A stretch of DNA of 63,990 nt, the filler included, from Dirinaria sp. TL-2023a (lineage: Eukaryota): NCBI GenBank assembly GCA_051941275.1. It is 4 parts of 4 records of this genome, joined end to end, with 100 filler letters (N's around TTAATTAATTAA, not from the genome) between each part and the next. Parts side by side here need not be neighbours in the genome. Positions count along the whole stretch, not along the records: positions 33,408 to 49,986 come from JAVEBF010000482.1; 3 more parts are not named here. One strand, 5' to 3'. The translations under genes and the position numbers were made by a program. Of this stretch, positions 34,461-46,948 are shown piece after piece (position 1 is the stretch's first letter; every line of letters begins with the position of its first letter). Under the pieces are notes generated by a model, which was not told the origin of the DNA, made no database searches, and was given only the letters and a program-made list of their open reading frames with translations.

Positions 34461-35865
34461 CTGAGATATTTTTTTCCCCTTGGGTCAAGTAAAGCTTCCT
34501 CGCATTCTCCTGCTAATCGGCTAGCAGCTCTTCGAAGCCGAGTCAGATCGATATGAAGCTATCTTAGAAGTCTGAAAATAAAGTAGCTAAGGACGCCACG
34601 AGAAGCTGATGCAATGCCATTAGAAGAGGCATTGACAAGGTAAAGGAAATATCTATTTATATAGCGGATATGCAATTACATGGGGTATTCAAAGGTAAAG
34701 GGTTGGCAAGTTGCAGGTTGAAGAAGTTTACTTCTAAGGCACCAGGAAGGATGTTTATATACTGATAATTTAGGTGTTGCATCTGTGTGTTGCGTCTATG
34801 CATCTACTGGTGAAATTACTTTCATCAGCAAGTGTCGCCTCGTGTGATTGTGAACCTCGGATGTCGGAGTTCGGATGCTCAATTTCCCGACCTTCTCAGC
34901 CAATCTTGTCAGAGATTGGCACGATTCGCAACACATCAGAACTGAAAGGAATACTCGGTCGAAGAATGTGATATGGAGTGCATCAAGAATTCTACGAGAA
35001 TGAATTATGGTCGTGTTGAGAGACCTGTGATGATGAGTTCATGTCATTCTGGGCTTTTCTAAAATATTTTAAAACACTCAGCTAGCTATGGAAGAGCTGT
35101 CTTCATGGGGAAATTGCTACCCTATTGAATGTCTGGAATGAATACTTGGGGAAAATGCTTGATCAGCAACTGAAGACCAAGCCCATCTTGGAGCTATTAT
35201 ATTCGAGGCTATTAGCAGGCCCATAGTTAAGATAGGCAGCCCTAAGGAATATGTTCTTGGCAAGGCTGGAGCCTCGAGTAGAGACAAATTTGGCATGGCA
35301 TATAGAACAGCAATAGAAGTGAAGGAGGAATCACAAATACAGATAGTAGAAGAAAAAGTTACTTCAGTTCCAGTTCACTTCACAAAAGAGATTACCGTAC
35401 CATAGCTGGTAATTGAGAAAACCTGCGAGAAGGTACTGCTGGCGAGTTAGCATTAGGCAAGAGTAACATGCGATCTAGTAAAGTACTTAGGTAGGCTCTT
35501 TCTTTTCACAAGAGCTAGTCAATTCTCTCAATTACATACATGTATACAGAATGGTGTGCTTGGTGCATTACTCGCTGTCACAGGACGATACCTGTCCCCA
35601 TGATTGAAAACCCTTAACCTTCACTACTTTCTCTCAGTGGATTCCCTCGGCAGACTCTCTTTAATCGACCCATCATTCTTCTCTCCTCAACTATCAAAAT
35701 CATCAATGATGCATAACACAAAGACAACATCGAGTATGCCCAAGACTAACATCTTGAATCGCCCTGTTGTGCTGAATCTAAAGCAACTGGAAAAATATCC
35801 TCACGAAGCGCGGAATCCTTGCCATGGCCATCCCATTCAAAGAGCACGAAGTGTAGCCTAGTCAC

Positions 35866-36771
35866 ATGAAGAAAGTCTTAAAGCAGACCAAGAAGCGCTG
35901 GGCATGGTTTTCGAAAGCGCGCAAGCGCGACGACGAGCTGAACTCTCGTCTCGGGACCTTGAAATATCTCCCCTACGAGATCCGGCAACAAATTTACTTG
36001 GAGAATATCGATAATTACCTCTGCTCTTGTTCGTCATGTGCTGCTGCAGGAGGCGTTGATCGCGATTAGTATTGGGAATATATCGGCCGTGAGGTATGGG
36101 CTACCCGAATCCGGGATCCATGTCCTGAAGACGAGCGTAACACCTCTTCCTGCGCTGGCGTCTTTGAGATGGAGTCGCACGACGTGCTTTGCTAGGTGGC
36201 GATCGAGCCCGGATCCTGTACAGGTGGTCAAGCGTCTCGGCTAAAAGCATCAAGCACTCTTTTGCTGAGTTCTCCGACCATCAAGGCGGAATGGCGATGT
36301 TTCTTCCTACCAAACCGCCGTTTTCAGTTTATATACCTCTATAGCCTCCAACAATTCTTGGATCAACTTTCGCCCGCGCATCAAAGCCTTCTTCAGCACA
36401 CCGCCATAGACTTTCTGATCGAGGAATGCTGTTCGCTTTCCAATAATTGGAATGGCTGAATGGCGATCTGCTCGGTGCTCCATGCCACTTTAAAATCAGT
36501 GACTTTTCGCTTGGCAAGATACGGTCTGAGACAAGTGCAACCTCATTTTCATGAGCGGCGATGGTCAGTCAAGCAGCTGCGAATTTTGAAACGGCTCGCT
36601 ATTTTGACAGAAACTATCCACAACAAGCTTGCAAGACGCATACCTGGAATCAATGTGCCCTGGCGTGGCTACACGCATCCAAATGAATACCTGAAAAAGG
36701 AAGAGTGGGCCATACTGCAGAGTGCTGTAGAAAATACCAGCGATTTGAGCAGCTTCACAGTCCGTAATTAG
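35866..36771 (+). pseudogene. F-box-like (LPYEIRQQIY) hypothetical gene interrupted by three in-frame stops and no frameshift
   Basis: ORFs 35866..36069, 36196..36459 and 36460..36771 share one frame. Stops are TAG 36067, TAG 36193 and TGA 36457. Confidence 0.7.
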
Positions 36772-36887
36772 GACCAAAAAGCATCGCTGTCAGCCATTCT
36801 AAGTGCCTAAACATGATTGATCATCGTGCCGAGCAGGCCTAGTATATGACTGGATATGAAGGTTGATTTTGTAAAATAACGTACTGA

Positions 36888-39692
36888 TTATGAGTTTATG
36901 CGACGCGTATAATAGCCGCCAATGTCCAGCTTCAAAAGAAGCCTTTCAATGTTTCCTTGGGGGGGTTCACCAACTCTTGGGCCATCTTTCGACCCTTTCC
37001 GCTCGCTCAAACCCCGACAGACACTGACAAATACTTTGACTTTTTTACTCCACTTTCTATACAGCCCTCTCAGCTCTTCAAAATCAGATGTCCCTTTCAT
37101 CCTGATCCCTCGGGAGAAGTCTAGCACCAGTGCAAAAACCTCCTGTAGCAACGCCATAACGCTTTCGTGCCTTCGTCTGAGAAACAACGCAAGCATCATA
37201 TTGTTGAGCATTCCCTCGTGCATCTCCCGAAATCCATCGATCCCGTCATGTTCACCAAGCTCATAGCGCTGAGTGCGCTTTTCCAGTTCGTCGACGCGCC
37301 GTTCAAAAGCGAACCAAGATTCATGAATTGCCTCGAAGAAGTAACTACTCACGCTAGAAACAAAGTGAAAAGCTTCGATGCTAAATCGTTGAGCAACAGA
37401 GCCGCGATCTCCAGTGGCATTTTTTGATCCGTTTTCTCGAGATATTCCTTTGACAGCATGGAGCAATCTTGTCATGAGGATGAGCAGCCTGAATATCGAG
37501 TCGTATTTGTCAAGCGCAGACTGCGTAATCAAAGCGTCAAGTGGCGCTGGAGGCTTATACTGCAAGCGCAGAAAATCTAAGGCAAATATTGAGTTCGGGT
37601 CCATACATTTCTGTAGTTCCTCTTCTGACAAAGGACGGATGGCGAAGCTCAATCCTCCGGGCAGCTCAGCGTGCGCCGAAGTTGAAGAAGCAGCATGGTA
37701 GCTATCGCTCAATATGCCGATTAATGCAAGGCGTAGCTCAGAGCTCGCAGGTGGCCACGTCTCCCGGAAACCAAGCTTAAGTCCGGATATACCGAGTCGG
37801 GGGTTGCCCTTTCTGCGTTCCGCAGATGGTAAGTCCGGGTCGAAAAGGGCATGTGAGAGACGTGATGAAAAGACACCGTCTCCGAGGAGACTGTAACGAT
37901 ATTGCAGGGAGAGATGGGAGCGTAGTTTGAAGTCTTTGAACAGCATTTGAAGGCAGGATTGGTTGATCAAGCCAGCCTGAGCATCAATGATCGGATTGAA
38001 ACAGAGCGATGGCACCAACGACAGCGGAGGGTATGATGACGACGTCTCATCTGGCGATTGTTCACCAGCAGATAGGGATGCTGTAATAGCTCGTAAAAAA
38101 TTATCGTCACCATCTGTAATGAGCTCCGGTAGCGGCCGCTCAATCTGTGCATTGAGTGAAAACATCGATGCTTGTGCCCTTTGCTGAGAATTTGCTGTAG
38201 AGTCGTGCTGGATCTCTTCTTCCTCTAGATTGGGTTTTTCATAGGCGTCGCCCGAGCATGAATCAAATTCCCGTATCGCGTCTAAGAGGTTCGCCCGATG
38301 CTTTTCAGCTTGTAATCGAATCCTCTCAATGTGGTCCCAGGATGGACGAAGATCAAGAGGAACCGAGTGCTTTTGCGTAGCAACTGACGCTAGGACAAGA
38401 GGGTGCCGCGGTTTGTGCCTTTGGAGCATTTGAAGACTTCGACCTGTCTCGAATATTCTCGTAGCATCTTCGACATCCATATACTCGGGTATGCCACCCT
38501 CATCCATCTGGAAGAGGATATCGGACTGGTCCTGCTTTGATTGATTGTCGACATCTTCCACTGCTTGGATGAAAGCAACCCTCGTAACTCTATTTGGACG
38601 ACCAGGCTCGAGGCTTAATCCAAGCCAATCACCTACAGATTCAAGCCAAGGTCTTGCAACTTTGGAAAGCATCCCGAAGACCATGAGCCGCATCCAGTGC
38701 CAGCCTTCAAAAGTCATTACAGATTTGTACAACAACGAGAGCACCTGCTCTTCACTTGCCGCGGTTGGTATGGACTTAATGAGCCCCTGCAGGAATGCAA
38801 GAACACGAAAAGGTCCCTGAAGCAGGGCTTGAAGTTGCAGCAAAGTGTTAACGGACTGAGCTACTTGATTCAATGCTACATCCAAAGCGGTTAGAATGGC
38901 CCTGACGCAGCCAGCAATTGAGACGAGTGACCGACTTGGCTTTCTGGAAGCCAAGATGTTTTCAATGAAAGACCTCACGAGTCTCAAGCGGTTCGCATGC
39001 TCGATGAGATTCGATTCCAAGCTGCTAAACACCTCCATGGAATAGCCTGAAGGTCGCATGTGGTCAAATCGGGCTTGTATGGATTGAGTTTGACTATCGT
39101 AGCGATAGAGTACTGACTCGTTGCCGAGACTAAGCTGCAGAAGACCCGCTAGAACCGCATCCCGCCTTAAAACGCGCACTGGCGGCTGTTGTGAGTCTTT
39201 CGTACAGCTGGTAGAGATTGACGATAATAGTGCGTCGAATGTTTCTGGTCCACTCTCGATGACATACGAGATCTGAGGTGGCGTGAGATCTTCTTCAAAG
39301 AAATCTTCCCAGCACCTGACTCTCCGGCGCTCCTTTTCCGCAGGCCAAACTTCTGAAGTAGTCCAGATGTCTCCTTCGACAGTGTCATTTCGTTCTGGAG
39401 TGACATCACTGAGCGATGCGCTCGATGATTGGAGACTGCCAACATCTTCAAGTGGCTCAAAGGAGAAGTCCTCTAGGTTTGGAAAGCGAAGCACTGGTAT
39501 TTTCAGACTTGGAAGGGTAGATACATTCAGCTGCGACTCGCTCAGGATATCCGCCTTTAATGGCCATTGGGATGAGTCAAGATCTGTGGTTGCAGGATAA
39601 GCAAATGCCGACCACGGACTATTGACAGTAAAAGGATCCCTCCATAGATCTGGTATGGCAAATGGTTCTCCAAGCCGTTGCTCGTCATCCAT
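36888..39692 (-). CDS. Gamma-tubulin ring complex component, Spc97/Spc98 family (most like GCP6)
   Basis: Intronless 934-aa ORF with GRIP-domain features: ARPWLE..GDWLGL, LRSHL..QYRYSLLGDG.F, WPPASSELRLAL and ALDFLRLQYKPPAPLDALIT...KYD.IF. Confidence 0.88.
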   Translation of the reverse strand: MDDEQRLGEPFAIPDLWRDPFTVNSPWSAFAYPATTDLDSSQWPLKADILSESQLNVSTLPSLKIPVLRFPNLEDFSFEPLEDVGSLQSSSASLSDVTPERNDTVEGDIWTTSEVWPAEKERRRVRCWEDFFEEDLTPPQISYVIESGPETFDALLSSISTSCTKDSQQPPVRVLRRDAVLAGLLQLSLGNESVLYRYDSQTQSIQARFDHMRPSGYSMEVFSSLESNLIEHANRLRLVRSFIENILASRKPSRSLVSIAGCVRAILTALDVALNQVAQSVNTLLQLQALLQGPFRVLAFLQGLIKSIPTAASEEQVLSLLYKSVMTFEGWHWMRLMVFGMLSKVARPWLESVGDWLGLSLEPGRPNRVTRVAFIQAVEDVDNQSKQDQSDILFQMDEGGIPEYMDVEDATRIFETGRSLQMLQRHKPRHPLVLASVATQKHSVPLDLRPSWDHIERIRLQAEKHRANLLDAIREFDSCSGDAYEKPNLEEEEIQHDSTANSQQRAQASMFSLNAQIERPLPELITDGDDNFLRAITASLSAGEQSPDETSSSYPPLSLVPSLCFNPIIDAQAGLINQSCLQMLFKDFKLRSHLSLQYRYSLLGDGVFSSRLSHALFDPDLPSAERRKGNPRLGISGLKLGFRETWPPASSELRLALIGILSDSYHAASSTSAHAELPGGLSFAIRPLSEEELQKCMDPNSIFALDFLRLQYKPPAPLDALITQSALDKYDSIFRLLILMTRLLHAVKGISRENGSKNATGDRGSVAQRFSIEAFHFVSSVSSYFFEAIHESWFAFERRVDELEKRTQRYELGEHDGIDGFREMHEGMLNNMMLALFLRRRHESVMALLQEVFALVLDFSRGIRMKGTSDFEELRGLYRKWSKKVKVFVSVCRGLSERKGSKDGPRVGEPPQGNIERLLLKLDIGGYYTRRINS

Positions 39693-39737
39693 TGATAGTT
39701 GTTGAAGAAAGTACTGTAGTCTATCGCTTCACCACGG

Positions 39738-39822
39738 ACGCGTCATCCCTGTCTGATCAGCGCTTGGCGCGTCACGAATTCAGGGTTCACTGAATCAGCC
39801 CTATGGGGAGGCGCCCGCGTCA
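39738..39822. promoter_or_regulatory. Three CGCGTCA (MCB-like) elements in the 285-bp divergent promoter of the GCP gene and EAF7
   Basis: ACGCGTCA at 39738, CGCGTCA at 39768 and 39816. ACGCGT is the established MBF/Mbp1 site. Confidence 0.55.
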
Positions 39823-39977
39823 CGCTTCGTCATCCTGCATTTCAAGATTATGTAGGTACCTGCCTTTGATCTTACCTTACTCCAAGGGAAAAACTTCGAC
39901 TAACTTATTGTGCCACGGCTCTGGTCCAGAATAGTAATTAAGAGCTTGGAGATTGCACTGGCAAACCCTTCGCAATC

Positions 39978-40959
39978 ATGCCTCCCAGAAAAAGAGCGCG
40001 TCTGTCCTCGCGAGCTGTATCAACTCTGAGTGGAAATGCAGCCGAACTAGGAGAAGAACCACCCACTTCCCCTGGCAAGAAGGAACTCTTGTCGGATGTC
40101 TGGACTGATGAACAAGAAGCTTTGCTGTTGAAAAGTATGATCAGGTGGAAGCCGGTGGGTCCGTTCTCCTCTTTGTTGTACAATCATGAGAACAGTCTAC
40201 AAACACGAACGCCGAGTCTGATGGCATTCGAAGGCATACATAGACATTTTCGAATGTTTGCGATCAGAGAGAATCTTCGCAACCATGGCTATACCTCGTC
40301 CAGTGGTGAGCATCTAACGATCCCAGGAATATGGTCGAAGCTGCAGACTCTCTACAACCTTGAAGCTCTTGACGAACGGGTAAATTGACTGAAGGTCTTT
40401 GGAAGCGGACAACGCTAAAATCTGGAGTAACAGGAGAATGATGCGAACATGGCGAGCCTGGAAGGGAAGGGACACGCAGAAGAACCTTATTCCGATTTCG
40501 ATCTACCAAGCGAAGAGTACAAGAACTTGATGTTCGACCGACGATTAGCGTCGCAGGGTTCAAGATCGCCTTCTTCTCTCTCGAGCCAATTCCCCAGCGA
40601 ACAATCTTCGAGGAATCAGAGGCAGAGCACGGTTGAGGATACAGATGGTACATTGTCCAATCCTCACAAAGCACGAGCTATGCTCTGGATCTGACACGAG
40701 ATTAGATCCACGCTCATCGCCTGCATCTTTTATGGGAAATGCCGCGGTCCGTGGCACGCGTAGCAAGCCCACAGGTAAATCCCAGCTACAGTCGGTCTCA
40801 GTACCCACAAGAACTCGTGGAAACAAAGCTTCGGCCAAGGAAGAGCAGAAAGACGATGGTGAAGGGCCCGCAGACACAAAAGACGTCAAGGCCGCCAAAG
40901 GCACTCAAAATGCTGCAAAATCCAAAAGCAATAGAAGACAGAGTACTCGCAAACGATGA
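39978..40959 (+). CDS. EAF7: NuA4 complex subunit Eaf7 (CT20 family), 4 exons
   Basis: WTDEQEALLLKSMIRWKPVG|IHRHFRMFAI, IPGIWSKLQTLYNLEALDERE and DFDLP..EY..LMF.RRL. Introns at about 40159-40233, 40380-40433 and 40648-40705. Confidence 0.9.
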
Positions 40960-41570
40960 CAATAGCTTAAGGCTTGTAGTCGGTTTAGCCCCATTAACTT
41001 GAGCAAATTATGGCTTTTTATGGCTTTGAACAGTGTTCTCCGCAAATCAGATTGGGGCTTTATGAGCCTTCTGAAATTTCACACTGCAATTGTTGAGGCG
41101 ATTCGAGAAAGGAAACTTTCATGGAGTAACCAAACATTCGCTTTTCCAAAGGACCGATGCGTTTGTCCCTAGCCCACTTCAATGTCTCACCTTCACGACA
41201 GCCCTGGGCACTGCTTCAAAGCGGCCCCGCAGAAAGGTATGTAGTTCAACCTTTCACAGAATGCTAGTCCTGGGGGAAGAAAGAAAGGCCGCTTGTATCG
41301 ACGTCTCTTCTGCATGATCTACATATCTTATTTTGCGTCGTAGGTTCATTGGGGTAGTAGTCCTCCAATCAGGAAGTTATAAACCATAAACCTAAAGGGG
41401 AAAAAAATCTAGGTTTAAGCCTTGCACGATAAAATCATCCCAGATTTCGATCTAGGATACAGCGACTACTCTATCTCCGGATCAGAGGTAGAGCTGAGGA
41501 TTCTGGAGGACACGAGAACCAAACTGTCCACAAAGAACTTGTTGATCATCTCGAGCTGAGTCACCTTCCC

Positions 41571-41969
41571 CTAGCCAATTTCTTTCTCTTCGGCGCCGAC
41601 CCTCTCCAACCAAGCTGCTCGATGCTTGGTGTAGTACTCAATATCCGGTTTTCCTTGGGAAAGCTCCATCAATGCGCCTTCCTTGACCAACTTCATCCCC
41701 GGAAAGCCACTTGACTGTTGCCACAGCGTCGTGCCACAATCTTTGCAAAAATAGGACGTCATGGTGTTCCCCTGATCAGTGGTTATTGCATATTGTCCTG
41801 GCTGTCCCGAGCGTAATGTATATCCGTCGGAAGGGACCCAGAGATTAGTACCAAAAGCGCTACCACTAATTTTCCGGCAGTTTACGCAGTGGCAGATGGC
41901 CTTTAGTCGAGGGGCGCAGGTCAATGACGTGGTGAGCTGACCACATAAGCAGCTTCCTGAAGTCTCCAT
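41571..41969 (-). CDS. GFA/CENP-V (Mss4-like) zinc-binding protein
   Basis: GSCLCG...CHCVNCRKISG...FCKDCGT motif set; ATG at METSG. Confidence 0.9.
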   Translation of the reverse strand: METSGSCLCGQLTTSLTCAPRLKAICHCVNCRKISGSAFGTNLWVPSDGYTLRSGQPGQYAITTDQGNTMTSYFCKDCGTTLWQQSSGFPGMKLVKEGALMELSQGKPDIEYYTKHRAAWLERVGAEEKEIG

Positions 41970-42946
41970 GGCTGCGTGCAAAATTGCGGTCCTCGACAGG
42001 TCATGGCGATCTCCAAAGGATGGGTTAGGACCAAGGACAGTACGTGGGTATGGGATATATGCGCTAGGCTTCCCGACTTAACAACATGCGCTTCTTTGGT
42101 GCTGTGCGAGATCCAGGTACAATATATTTAGCTAGGTAGTCTCCCACCAAGAGCTAGCCTTAAGAACCTGAGGCAAGGGGTGCACTCAGTGTACAGATTG
42201 ACGAACTGGAAATTGATTTACCGCTTGCTTATCAGAGTCGCCAGCATTCGATACTTTAGGATGCTTTAAGCACCTGAGAAAAGGCACGAGTTGCTCGGAA
42301 TACAGAAGACGACAGGTGAATCCTACGAGGAGTGGGGGAAGTCCCATGAGACTCGGAAAAGCGCGCATTGAAGCGGTCGAGCGGAAGAAGAACTTGGACG
42401 ATCGAAGTGTGTCAACCTATTATCTAGACGAGCCAGGCGTTCAATTTTTGATCGATGCGGATTGTGCAATGCCATCATCGTGCACGCCATCTAATTGCTT
42501 CGATACATGCCCCGGATTTCGGTCCGCCTCGATATGGAACATTTTACTGAGTACGTGAAGCCAATCCGTCTACGAAAGAATGTTACCCGGTTGTCTGAAG
42601 CAGCCGCCACCAATGCTTTCACGTTTAGCACTCGTGATTGGTAGTGGTTCTTTAGACAAGTATCGGATAGTTTATTTTGAAAACGTTCGAGTGCCTCCGA
42701 CGCCGTAGAAGACGAAAGGCGGAACACGGAAACCTCGATTGGTACTAGAGCTTTTTTTCACTCCTCGGTATCCTAAAAAGGAACCTCGGCAATTCTCCAC
42801 ACTCGCTCATGCTGCGCAGTTAGCTCTACTCAGACTTTACGTAGCCGCGTCCAGTTGCTCCGTTCGCGCGATATTTGGAATATTTAATCCTTCGAATTGT
42901 CTTCCTTTTCCTCCAAAGCCTTGTATCTGTCGCCTTCTAAATCGTG

Positions 42947-45131
42947 ATGTTACAAATTCTCACTAAAAGCCCCCGATCACTTCTCCACAAGCCGACAACA
43001 ACACAACTCTTAATAGTATGATGCAGTCAGTCATCCCTGTTAGAGAAGTTTTTTGGCTAAGTGTATATATTCTAGCCTTTCACTGCCATGGCTCCTAGAG
43101 CTACACGCAGAGCGTCCAGTGGCCTGCCGGAAGGTAGGAGCATCATTTCCTCTCTCCCAGTGTCATATCATCACACCGGCATGGAATTAAATTTCTATAG
43201 GGTACCGGGAAGATCAATCTAAAGGAGCGATGCTAAGGTTCGAAGACTCGCTGCCCCGACTACCAGTGCCTACCCTCGACGAAACTTCGACACGATATAT
43301 TAGTTCCGTACAGCCTTTGTTGAACAAGGCCGAATTCGCTGCTACCAAGAAGGCCGTTGATGCTTTTGTTAGACCCGGTAGCATAGGGGAGGAGCTGCAG
43401 AAACGACTCATAGCTCGACATGATGACCCAAAGCATAAGAACTGGCTGTATGAATGGTGGAATGACGCAGCGTACCTCACCTACAGAGACCCTGTCGTTC
43501 CCTACGTCAGCTATTTCTACTCGCATCGGGACGACAGGCGGCGACGAAACCCTGCTAAGCGAGCGGCAGCACTGACAAGCGCTGTGCTGCAGTTCAAGAA
43601 AGATGTCGATAATGGTACTTTGGAGCCCGAATACATGAGAAAATTACCCATCAGCATGGAGGCTTATCAGTGGATGTTCAATGCTTGTCGAATACCTGCC
43701 AAACAGAGAGACTATCCTGTGAAGTATAACCATGACGAGCATAAGTACATATGTGTTGTTCGCAAAAACCAGTTCTTCAAAGTACTACATGAGGTGAATG
43801 GCCAACCGCTCAATGCTGCCGAGCTGGAGAAGCAGTTTACACGCATCTATCAGAACGCGCAGAAAGGTCCCGCTGTTGGCATTCTGACCTCTGAAAACCG
43901 AGACATATGGACCTCCGCCCGCTCCGCTCTCCTCGCTGCTCACCCTGCAAATGCTGCGGCACTCGAAACTATTCAAGCTTGTTCGTTTCTAGTCTGCCTA
44001 GATGATGCTGCGCCGGTTACTCTAGAAGAACGCGCTCATCAGTACTGGCACGGCGATGGTAGTAATCGTTGGTATGATAAGCCATTGCAGTTCGTGGTAA
44101 ATGAGAACGGTACATCAGGCTTCATGGGAGAGCACAGCATGATGGACGGTACTCCTACTCACCGATTAAACGACTACGCAAACATGATGATAATGACTAA
44201 CAAACTTGACCTTTCGGATACTAGCATACGCAGTGATTTACCAGAACCCACCGCACTTCGTTTTCAAATCGACGAAGCTTCGAGTAAGGAGATCAATCGG
44301 GCGGCTACTGATTTCAATTTGGTGATCGGACAACACGATCTCAGAGTCCAGGCCTACCAAGGTTACGGCAAAGGTCTGATCAAGAAGTTCAAATGCTCTC
44401 CTGACGGTTATGTTCAGATGATAATACAGCTGGCTTACCACAAGATGTACGGCACCAGCCGACCAACATACGAGTCCGCTGCAACTCGTCGCTTCCAACA
44501 AGGCAGGACGGAGACATGTCGCAGCGTCAGTAATGAAAGTGTGGCCTTTGTCGCTGCGATGGCAGACCCCGAGGTGCCGCCAGAAGAATGTGTCAAGGCG
44601 TTCCGAGCCGCGGTAGACGCACATGTGCGATACATAGGCGATGCGAGTGCCGGAAAGGGAGTCGATCGACACCTCTTCGGTCTGAAAAAGTGCTTGAAAG
44701 AGGGAGAAGAAATACCCGAGCTATACAAAGACAGAGCCTACGGCTATAGCGGCACGTGGTTTCTGAGCACGAGTCAGCTGAGCAGCGAATACTTCAATGG
44801 ATACGGCTGGAGTCAAGTGGTGGATGAAGGATGGGGCATTGCTTACATGATCAACGAGAACAGGTGTGTAGCTCTTTGTCGCTTTTCTTTTTTCCCTGTC
44901 CTGGGTCTTTGATCACACCCGGTTTTTTCTTCCTCAATGCTCTGATTTCTTGGGAAACCCCTGCTTCTGATTTGAGAATTGAATCGCTAATGGTTTGCAT
45001 GAAGCATACAATTCAACATCGTGAGCAAAGGTCTTGGCAGCGAGAGGATGAGCTTTTGGCTCAACGAAGCAGCCAACGATATACGAGATCTGCTCTTGCC
45101 AACCCTGGAAGCTCCTAAGGCCAAACTGTAG
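42947..45131 (+). CDS. CAT2: Carnitine O-acetyltransferase with mitochondrial presequence and peroxisomal PTS1 (AcuJ/Cat2 type); introns 43016-43075, 43134-43200, 44864-45004
   Basis: LPRLPVPTL, NRWYDK, EHSMMDG (catalytic His), TYESAATRRFQQGRTE, GVDRHLFGL and LSTSQLS; the spliced C-terminus is KAKL*. Confidence 0.93.
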
Positions 45132-46062
45132 AGTGTGTAGTGGAGTCACAAATGTACGTGCCTCATAGCGAAATCCGCTCGTTGCACGATTGTCTGCAAC
45201 GTAGTCGAAAAGCATCAGCATGCGTATGGTCCTGCTGCAACAGTTACCCTTTCATCATTGGGTATTTATTTTCCTATCATTGTTGAAACTGCGAGATGAT
45301 AGCGGTTTTTGAACTACTCCAAGTCTCTGGTTCACAAATCTGAGTGTACTACTGCCAGTCTGATTTAGATTGCACACAGCGAGCCGCTATCCGCTACAAT
45401 GCGCTCCGCTAGCCTCTCTGCCATGCCTACTGTACGAGCTCCAGCTCTGCGAAAACGAGCGGCTCCCCGTTGGAAATTGTATGATCCGACGCGGTGATGC
45501 TGTCCGACCGATCCGACTTGAAGCGAACAAACGATGATTGTGAAACATGGTCGATAATTATTCGGAACGGAGGATACCGAGAACTTTTGGCAAAACAGCG
45601 TGTGGAATACCCATTCGCTATTTTGTGCGATCCCCATGCAATCCTGTGTGTTCCGGAGGGATTTCCGTGCCTCTTAGCGTGCCTCTCGACTGTATGCGCT
45701 AATTAGGCCGTGGATAATTGGGCTCAGCGTGGGGCCGCCAGCAGCAGTTCGATACTTCGATTGTTCGACGCACGGCCATGAGATGTCGCTAATACGCAGG
45801 TACGCGCTCCCAGCAAATCTATTAGCTGAAAAACTCGGGGCCCCACACAAGCGACGAGCGGCGGAGCAACTTCGGAATCGTGGGGAAGGATCGTAAAATA
45901 ATAAGCAAGAAGGAGGCGGGATTGTTTACATTTAACCGATATTAAGGTATCTATTCCCATGATTAAGATGGGCGTAGATAATTCCAGGCACCGCCTGCGC
46001 AGTGTCGCTGGGATCGCGGTCTCTCCCAAACCGTCGTTACTTTGAATATTTACAGCATTGCG

Positions 46063-46635
46063 ATGCAGGTTTGCATATCTTTCGTCTCATTTCTCTTGTT
46101 GGCTATTATCGTTCCGATTTCGACAGCATGTCCAACCTTGATGAACACTTCTACGGCAGCCCTCTCGGCCGACCCATATTCTCAAAGGGCGCTTCCCCAT
46201 GAGAACAGTGACATCAAAAGTCACGAGTACTCAATCACTACCATCGCGCTTTCGCGAAAGCGCGATGTACAGTTGACGAACTTTGGGAACGGATGGGTTG
46301 GCTACATGACGACGTTCGATTCGTTTCTCCCCATTCAAACGGCAGCAGCAGCACTCTACCGCTTCTACATCTCCGTCTACAACCAACTCCAAAGCATCCC
46401 GACCGACCGACCTCCACAGTACCAATTCTCGCTAGCGGTGGACAACTTAACGTTGAAATTCTTCAGCGCTGATGCGCCGATTCCGTGGAGGTTCATGGCC
46501 GCCGTCGCTTGGAAAATGGCCACTTTAGCACGGAGGGGCTTCACGGGAAGACATGACTCGGTCTATGTCTACCAGCCTACCGGCCAAGCGATCAGGATCA
46601 GCCTAGAGGTGATATTGGTGGCTGCTGCAGCTTAG
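46063..46635 (+). CDS. Secreted hypothetical protein (~190 aa)
   Basis: Signal peptide MQVCISFVSFLLLAIIVPISTA, a KR processing site and the motifs PIQTAAAALYRFY...IPW..M...GFTG. Confidence 0.72.
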   Translation: MQVCISFVSFLLLAIIVPISTACPTLMNTSTAALSADPYSQRALPHENSDIKSHEYSITTIALSRKRDVQLTNFGNGWVGYMTTFDSFLPIQTAAAALYRFYISVYNQLQSIPTDRPPQYQFSLAVDNLTLKFFSADAPIPWRFMAAVAWKMATLARRGFTGRHDSVYVYQPTGQAIRISLEVILVAAAA

Positions 46636-46948
46636 CAGCGCGAAGGGTAGATGTCCTGTTCATACGATACTCCATCACGTGCACCCGTTCAGAGGACCCG
46701 GTCATAACCCGTGTTGAGACGAAGAGAACTTTAGGAATTCGGACGCTTGGAATCTGGCCTCCACTTTTGTATACTATTTCCTGGCGGCCGAGTCTAGGAT
46801 CTTCAATCGGCAAGTAATGACGCTTTCCAGCCAAAGTCATAGCCCTGAGGGATCCAGAACTTCATACGCCTTGCCTGCTGCACCGAGCCAATGGAAACTG
46901 CCTTCGCAAAAAGGGTATCGTAGTGTGCACTGTAGAACCAGTTGAGAG

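Noticed and set aside
40159..40233. Stop-free, in-frame 75-nt EAF7 intron as a regulated retained intron
   Set aside because: Short 3n stop-free introns arise by chance, and retention would interrupt the conserved KPVG-H motif; no further evidence.
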